DNA of 64,000 bases from Acutalibacteraceae bacterium (GTDB lineage Bacteria; Bacillota; Clostridia; Oscillospirales; Acutalibacteraceae), in contig JAZOVH010000078.1 of the NCBI GenBank assembly GCA_045658585.1, forward strand, positions 20,234-84,233, in the 5' to 3' direction. A program made the position numbers and the translations under genes. Positions 58,548 to 64,000 of this stretch are shown here, piece by piece. Position 1 is the first letter of the stretch; each line of letters begins with the position of its first letter. The notes beneath the pieces were generated by a model that was given only the letters and a program-made list of their open reading frames with translations, was not told the origin of the DNA and did not search any database.

Positions 58548-59285
58548 ATGGAATTTCGTGAAGAATATCTCGGCGGCGGAATAACCGCCTTTGTTTCGCA
58601 GGCACATACATTCGGAACGGATGCCGTTCTTCTTGCAAACTTTGCTTCACCCTCAAAGCGTGCCGTTTGCTGTGATTTAGGATCAGGCTGCGGCATAATC
58701 CCCCTTTTATGGTGCAAAAAAGAAACAGGTAAAATAACTGCGGTTGAAATTCAACCCCTCGGCGCAAGCCAGATTGAAAAAGCAATTGAATTCAATTCTC
58801 TGCAAAACAGACTCACCGCAGTCAATGCTGATTTGAAAGAGCTCAAAGGCGTTGTGCCTTTCGGTTGCTTTGATATTGTTACAATGAATCCGCCTTATAA
58901 GGCAAGCGGAGCGGGTATCGAAAGCCGCTCGGATGCCGATAAAATTGCAAGGCACGAAACAATGTGCTCATTTGGCGATATATGCAAAACCGCGGCAAAG
59001 CTTCTCAACTTCGGAGGAAAGCTTTGTATGTGCATCCGCCCCGAAAGGCTTTGCGAGCTTTTTTGTGAAATGAGAAATGCAGGAATCGAACCTAAAAGAT
59101 TAAGGCTCGTTTCAAAATGTGCGGGCAAAGCCCCCTGGCTCGCTTTGATTGAAGGCAGAAGAGGCGGCAAAAGCGGAATGACGGTTGAGCCAGAGCTTTT
59201 TGTTCACGGTGAAAACGGTTATTCCGATGAAATGAAACAGATTTACGGCGATTATCTGCTTGAAAACAGAGGTGATAATTCTTGA
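58548..59285 (+). CDS. tRNA1(Val) A37 N6-methyltransferase-like (YabB/TrmN6)
   Basis: FGTDAVLLA, DLGSGCG, MNPPY, ARHE, EPKRLRLV; upstream of rsmI. Confidence 0.8.
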   Translation: MEFREEYLGGGITAFVSQAHTFGTDAVLLANFASPSKRAVCCDLGSGCGIIPLLWCKKETGKITAVEIQPLGASQIEKAIEFNSLQNRLTAVNADLKELKGVVPFGCFDIVTMNPPYKASGAGIESRSDADKIARHETMCSFGDICKTAAKLLNFGGKLCMCIRPERLCELFCEMRNAGIEPKRLRLVSKCAGKAPWLALIEGRRGGKSGMTVEPELFVHGENGYSDEMKQIYGDYLLENRGDNS

Positions 59286-60118
59286 GCGGAACTCTTTATG
59301 TTGTAGGAACTCCGATAGGCAATCTCGGCGATATTTCGCCCAGAGCACTTGATATACTTGAAAAATGCGACTTCATTGCCGCAGAAGATACCCGTGTTAC
59401 GCTCAAGCTTCTCAATCATTTCGGCATTAAAAAGCCGATGGTAAGTTATTTTGAGCATAACAGATTTGAAAGAGGCCCCGTTATTGCCGAAAGAATTCTT
59501 TCGGGAGAAACAGCGGCAATCGTTACCGATGCGGGAATGCCCGCCATATCCGACCCAGGCGAGGATTTGGTTAAGCTTTGCCACGAAAAAGGCATTAAGG
59601 TTGAATCCGTGCCCGGACCGTGTGCATTTGCAACCGCACTTGCAATTTCGGGTATGCCGTCAAAAAGGTTTACTTTTGAAGGCTTTGTTTCGACAGACAA
59701 AGCAGAAAGACGCGAACATATTTCTTCGCTGAAAAGTGAAACCAGAACAATGATTTTTTATGAAGCCCCCCACAAGCTTCTCAACACACTAAAAGACCTT
59801 GAAACCGTTCTCGGCAACAGAGAAATCGCAATAGTGCGTGAACTTACCAAAATTCACGAAGAGGTTATCAGAACCGATTTTGCCTCGGCAATAAAAAGAT
59901 ATTCCGAAGAGGCAATAAAAGGTGAAATCGTGCTCATTGTTGGCGGTGCGGCACCCGAAGAAGCTCAGGCTATGACGGTTGAACAAGCCGTCAGCTACGC
60001 AAAAGACCTTGTTGAATCGGGCGAAAGCAAAAGCAACGCCGCAAAAATTGCCGCTAAAGAAAGCGGTTTCAAAAAAGGCGAAATATACAGATTACTTATC
60101 GAGGAGGACGAACAGTGA
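59282..60118 (+). CDS. rsmI: 16S rRNA C1402 2'-O-methyltransferase
   Basis: LYVVGTPIGNLGD, AEDTR, DAGMPAISDPG, YEAPH, RELTKIHEE. Confidence 0.96.
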   Translation: MSGTLYVVGTPIGNLGDISPRALDILEKCDFIAAEDTRVTLKLLNHFGIKKPMVSYFEHNRFERGPVIAERILSGETAAIVTDAGMPAISDPGEDLVKLCHEKGIKVESVPGPCAFATALAISGMPSKRFTFEGFVSTDKAERREHISSLKSETRTMIFYEAPHKLLNTLKDLETVLGNREIAIVRELTKIHEEVIRTDFASAIKRYSEEAIKGEIVLIVGGAAPEEAQAMTVEQAVSYAKDLVESGESKSNAAKIAAKESGFKKGEIYRLLIEEDEQ

Positions 60119-60726
60119 TTGCATATTTTCTTGAAAGACCTTATCTCATAATTATCTTTATTGCTCTTATTATTCTCACTCTCTTCGTATGCCTCAAAGC
60201 GGGTCAGGCAAGCTCCCGCCGCCACGCAGAGATGGAAAAGAATATGAAGAAACTGAAAGAAGAAAAAGAGCTTCGCAATGAATTTGCAGTTCTCACTCAA
60301 ACTCTTGCGCAATCAGCAGACCCCGAAAGACTTTTTAAAGGTACGGCTCTTAATCTGCAAAAAAGAGTTGCAGACAAAGCAGATATGAATGCCGAATTTG
60401 AAACTCTTACCGCAGAGCAAAAAGGCATTTACTCGCTTGCTCTTGTTATTGAAGACGGTGCAGAAAGACTCAGTGCATTTTTTGAAGCTAACGGTCAGCC
60501 CGTAACGGGCGAAGCAAGAGCGTTGCTCAACAAAATTGCTGATGAAAATATCTGCGGTATTTTTGAAAAAGAGTATCTTGCTTTTGATAAAGATGATGAA
60601 ACAACATCATTCATTCCTCAAGAAATCAAGGTTCTTGATAAAGATTTTGCAGAACTTAACCCCTACGCCCAAATCTGCACAAATGCAGGAAAATTTATTG
60701 CGGAAAATATTGAGAAATTCATGTGA
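60115..60726 (+). CDS. Hypothetical membrane-anchored protein (possible DMP19/DUF4375-like domain)
   Basis: N-terminal TM, short coiled coil, acidic helical domain; GTG start overlaps the rsmI stop. Confidence 0.6.
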   Translation: MIAYFLERPYLIIIFIALIILTLFVCLKAGQASSRRHAEMEKNMKKLKEEKELRNEFAVLTQTLAQSADPERLFKGTALNLQKRVADKADMNAEFETLTAEQKGIYSLALVIEDGAERLSAFFEANGQPVTGEARALLNKIADENICGIFEKEYLAFDKDDETTSFIPQEIKVLDKDFAELNPYAQICTNAGKFIAENIEKFM

Positions 60727-60775
60727 ATATTTACCTCCCGTTTGCTGAAAATAAAGGCAACGGGAGGTTTTTATT

Positions 60776-61315
60776 ATGGAATTTAAAGGAAGCAGAACAG
60801 AAGCAAATCTTATGGCAGCCTTTGCGGGCGAATCCCAGGCACGAAACAAATACACTTTTTATGCCGCAAAAGCAAAAAATGACGGTTATGAGCAGATTGC
60901 GGATATTTTCACCGAAACCGCAAACAACGAAAAAGAACACGCTGAAATATGGTTTAAATTTCTGCACAACAATTCAATACCCGAAACGGCAGAAAATCTG
61001 CTTGATGCCGCGGCGGGCGAAAAATTTGAATGGACCGAAATGTATAAAGAGTTTGAGCAGGTTGCAACCGAAGAAGGATTCACTCAGATTGCGGCACTTT
61101 TCAAGCTTGTAGGCGGCATTGAAAAAGATCACGAAGAACGCTTTCGCACTCTTCACGAAAATCTTGAAAACGGCATTGTTTTTGAGCGCACAAACGAGGT
61201 TGTGTGGATTTGCAGAAACTGCGGATATATCCACACCGGCAAAGCCGCACCCAAGGTTTGCCCCGTATGCACTCACCCGCAATCATATTTTGAAATCAAA
61301 GCAGAAAATTATTAA
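60776..61315 (+). CDS. rbr: Rubrerythrin
   Basis: AFAGESQARNKY, NEKEHA, EKDHEER, C-terminal CRNCG...CPVC. Confidence 0.93.
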   Translation: MEFKGSRTEANLMAAFAGESQARNKYTFYAAKAKNDGYEQIADIFTETANNEKEHAEIWFKFLHNNSIPETAENLLDAAAGEKFEWTEMYKEFEQVATEEGFTQIAALFKLVGGIEKDHEERFRTLHENLENGIVFERTNEVVWICRNCGYIHTGKAAPKVCPVCTHPQSYFEIKAENY

Positions 61316-61386
61316 ATTTCTGCTTTACATATGAAAAAAATGGTCTTATAATGTAGTCACAATATTAATGTATGGGAGGGAAAGTT

Positions 61387-63648
61387 ATGATTCCCGAAAA
61401 ACTGCTTATCAACAAACCCGCCGATAAGCACATCGTTAAAATTGCCGAAAAACACTTCGACAAAAACGAAAAACCGCTTTTCGCCGTTGTTTCAGACCTT
61501 GATATCAACAGCAATTACGGCACGGGTGCAATTTATGTTTCGGCAGACAAAATTGTTGCCGTCGGCGACTGTTTTGACGGCGGTGCAATAACACTTGATT
61601 TTGCAAGCATTGACGAAATTCACGTTAAAAGAATGTACGGCAATGCAATCCTCAAAGCAAAAACCGTTGGCGGTTCAAGCATCGATCTTCTCCGTTTCAC
61701 ATTTGCGTGTGCGGATATATGCGATGCAGCAGCAGATTTTATAACCAAAGTCAAAAGCGGAGAAAGCGTTGAAAACCGTCTTGCCGCAGTTGAGGTTTCT
61801 TATAAGAATCTGCGTTCATTCTGCCCCAAATGCGGCAGAAAGCTGCCCGCACCCAACGCGGAATGTCTTAATTGCCAGGGCAAAAGCAAAATCCTTTCAA
61901 CACTTTTCCACTACATAAAACCCCATATGGCAAAGCTCGGCATCTGCATTGTTCTTTCAATCATAACAACTGCCGCCGCCCTTGTTCCGCCGTATATAAC
62001 CAGTATGATGGTTGACACCGTTATCCCCAACAAGGATGTTAAAATGCTTGTTGCGGTAATTGTTTTTCTTTTGTTCATTTATCTTGCGCAATACGGTATC
62101 GGTGCTCTGCGTTCATTCCTGCTCCGCGTTGCGGGTGACGGAATTATAGCCGACCTCAAAAAAGATATTTATGCAAAAGCGCAGTATCTGCCGATGAAGT
62201 TTTACGATAAAACCTCAACCGGCTCTGTTATAAACCGCGTTAATTCCGACACAACGGTGCTCCAGCAGTTTATGCTCCGCATCACGCAGGAAGCCGTTGT
62301 TCAGCTCTTTATGATGATAGGAATTATCGTTATTATGCTTTCAATGAACTGGAAGCTCACCCTTCTTTCGCTCACTCCCGTTCCGATTGTTGCATTCTGC
62401 AGCAGATATTTCGGCAAAAAAATATCGCCCGTTTACCGCCGCTTATGGCGAAGAGGCGTTGCGATTTCGAGCATTCTTTCGGATACCATTCCCGGAATAA
62501 GAATTGTAAAATCGTTCTCGAGTGAAGAAAAAGCAATCAAAAAGTTTGACCGTCAGGTTGATGACTGGGCATTTGAAGACCGCAGAGCGGCAAAGGTTGC
62601 CGCAATTTTCCCCGCAGTTATAACCTTCCTTGTAACCTGCGGTTCGGTAATTATCTGGCTCGTTGGCGGAAATATGGTTATCAACACTCCTGATAAGCTC
62701 TCTCTCGGTGTTCTCGTTTCATTCATTTCATACACAAGCATGTTCTATAACCCCGTTAACTTCTTTGCAAACTTAAGCGACTCTTACCAGAACGCAGTTG
62801 CATCAACAGAGAAAGTGCTTGAAATAATCAATGCCGAACCCGAACCCGATTTCGGTAAAGGCAATGAACTCGGCACAATGAAAGGCAAAATTGAATTCAG
62901 AAACGTTAACTTTTCTTTTGACCGTTCAAAGAAAGTTCTCAACGATGTTAACTTCGTTATCGAGCCGGGCGATGTTGTTGGTATAGTCGGCACAACAGGC
63001 TCGGGCAAATCAACTCTCATAAATCTTCTTATGCGTTTTTATGACGATTATGAGGGCGAAATATTTGTTGACGGAACAAACATAAGAGACATTGATATGG
63101 GTTATTACCGTTCACAAATCGGTTATGTTCAGCAGGAACCTATGATGTTCCGTGACACCATATTCAATAACATCGCTTATTCCCTGCCCTCTGCACATCC
63201 CGAGCAGGTACTCAACGCCGCAGACATTGCAAACGCTCACGGCTTCATTTCACGCCTGCCCAACGCATATGACACAATGCTCGGCGAAAGAGGTGTTGGT
63301 CTTTCAGGCGGTGAAAAGCAAAGACTTTCAATCGCAAGAGCCGTGCTCAAAAATCCCGGTATACTTATTTTTGACGAGGCAACCTCGGCAGTTGACTCCG
63401 AAACCGAAAAGCTTATCCAGGATGCGATTGACCGACTCATAAGAGGCAGAACAACCCTTATGATTGCCCACCCCCTTTCAACTCTTCGCAAAGCAAACAA
63501 GATTATTGTTGTTGACAAGGGCAATATCATTGAATTCGGCTCACCCGAAGAGCTTATGGCTCTCAAGGGCAAATATTATAAGCTCATAAAAATCCAGTCT
63601 ATGAGCGAACAGGTTGAGGCAGACAAAGCTGCCGAAAATTTTGAATAA
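61387..63648 (+). CDS. ABC exporter (fused TMD-NBD) with an N-terminal extension and Zn ribbon
   Basis: CPKCG...CLNC, TMD, GTTGSGKST, LSGGEKQR, FDEATS. Confidence 0.9.
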   Translation: MIPEKLLINKPADKHIVKIAEKHFDKNEKPLFAVVSDLDINSNYGTGAIYVSADKIVAVGDCFDGGAITLDFASIDEIHVKRMYGNAILKAKTVGGSSIDLLRFTFACADICDAAADFITKVKSGESVENRLAAVEVSYKNLRSFCPKCGRKLPAPNAECLNCQGKSKILSTLFHYIKPHMAKLGICIVLSIITTAAALVPPYITSMMVDTVIPNKDVKMLVAVIVFLLFIYLAQYGIGALRSFLLRVAGDGIIADLKKDIYAKAQYLPMKFYDKTSTGSVINRVNSDTTVLQQFMLRITQEAVVQLFMMIGIIVIMLSMNWKLTLLSLTPVPIVAFCSRYFGKKISPVYRRLWRRGVAISSILSDTIPGIRIVKSFSSEEKAIKKFDRQVDDWAFEDRRAAKVAAIFPAVITFLVTCGSVIIWLVGGNMVINTPDKLSLGVLVSFISYTSMFYNPVNFFANLSDSYQNAVASTEKVLEIINAEPEPDFGKGNELGTMKGKIEFRNVNFSFDRSKKVLNDVNFVIEPGDVVGIVGTTGSGKSTLINLLMRFYDDYEGEIFVDGTNIRDIDMGYYRSQIGYVQQEPMMFRDTIFNNIAYSLPSAHPEQVLNAADIANAHGFISRLPNAYDTMLGERGVGLSGGEKQRLSIARAVLKNPGILIFDEATSAVDSETEKLIQDAIDRLIRGRTTLMIAHPLSTLRKANKIIVVDKGNIIEFGSPEELMALKGKYYKLIKIQSMSEQVEADKAAENFE

Positions 63649-63662
63649 GGAGGGCGGATAAA

Positions 63663-64000
63663 ATGGCACGAATTTTTATAAACGGCGATGAAATCAGAAT
63701 AACCGTTAAAGACAAAATATTCTGCGATGTTGAGTTCTTTTCAGGTCAGAAATTCACAGACCTTGAACCCCGCCGCCTTTTCCCCGTAAGCGGTCATTCT
63801 CAATACATAACCTTCCTTGATGAAAACGGCGAAGAGCAGTTTATTTTAAGAAACATTGAGAATATGGAAGAATCCCAGCGCAATCTGCTTCTCGGCTGCC
63901 TTGAAGAGTATTACAGAATACCCAAGATAACAAGGCTCATCAGCCGAAGCGAAAAGCACAAAATCTGGCTCTGGAATGTTGAAACAGACAGAGGCGAATA
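63663..64000 (+). CDS. DUF1854 family protein (partial, runs off the window)
   Basis: Manual translation MARIFING...LEPRRLFPVSG..YITFLD...LEEYYRIPKI...WNVETDRG; GGAGG RBS; follows the ABC gene. Confidence 0.75.
   Translation, partial: MARIFINGDEIRITVKDKIFCDVEFFSGQKFTDLEPRRLFPVSGHSQYITFLDENGEEQFILRNIENMEESQRNLLLGCLEEYYRIPKITRLISRSEKHKIWLWNVETDRGE

Overview
Chromosomal window from a low-GC, probably spore-forming Clostridia-class Firmicute. An Oscillospiraceae/Acutalibacteraceae-like lineage is an inference from gene content (yaaL-bofA, ctsR-mcsA-mcsB-clpC, sigma-A promoters). Housekeeping blocks: partial addB, argCJBD with ARG boxes, pyrC-K-D-F-E-B-I, ctsR-mcsAB-clpC with CtsR boxes, rsmI and rubrerythrin. 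Carbohydrate and envelope genes: GH20, GH51, GH78, a sialate-O-acetylesterase-like protein and an MBOAT/DHHW O-acylation cluster. The most notable region is a monoderm-type Tad/Flp pilus operon (34793-45257). It has two tandem Flp pilins with mosaic synonymous divergence, a 275-bp element bounded by 23-bp inverted repeats sitting exactly between tadB and tadC, a DUF192 gene, a DivIVA-like coiled-coil gene and a TadG-like pilin fused to a long beta-solenoid. Also of interest: a pyr leader with terminator/antiterminator but no recognisable PyrR box, and an AT-rich-looking two-gene module encoding a secreted SH3-Ig-SH3-metzincin plus a lipoprotein. No rRNA, tRNA, CRISPR array, transposase or phage gene was seen. 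All family calls come from motif recognition, not database searches.
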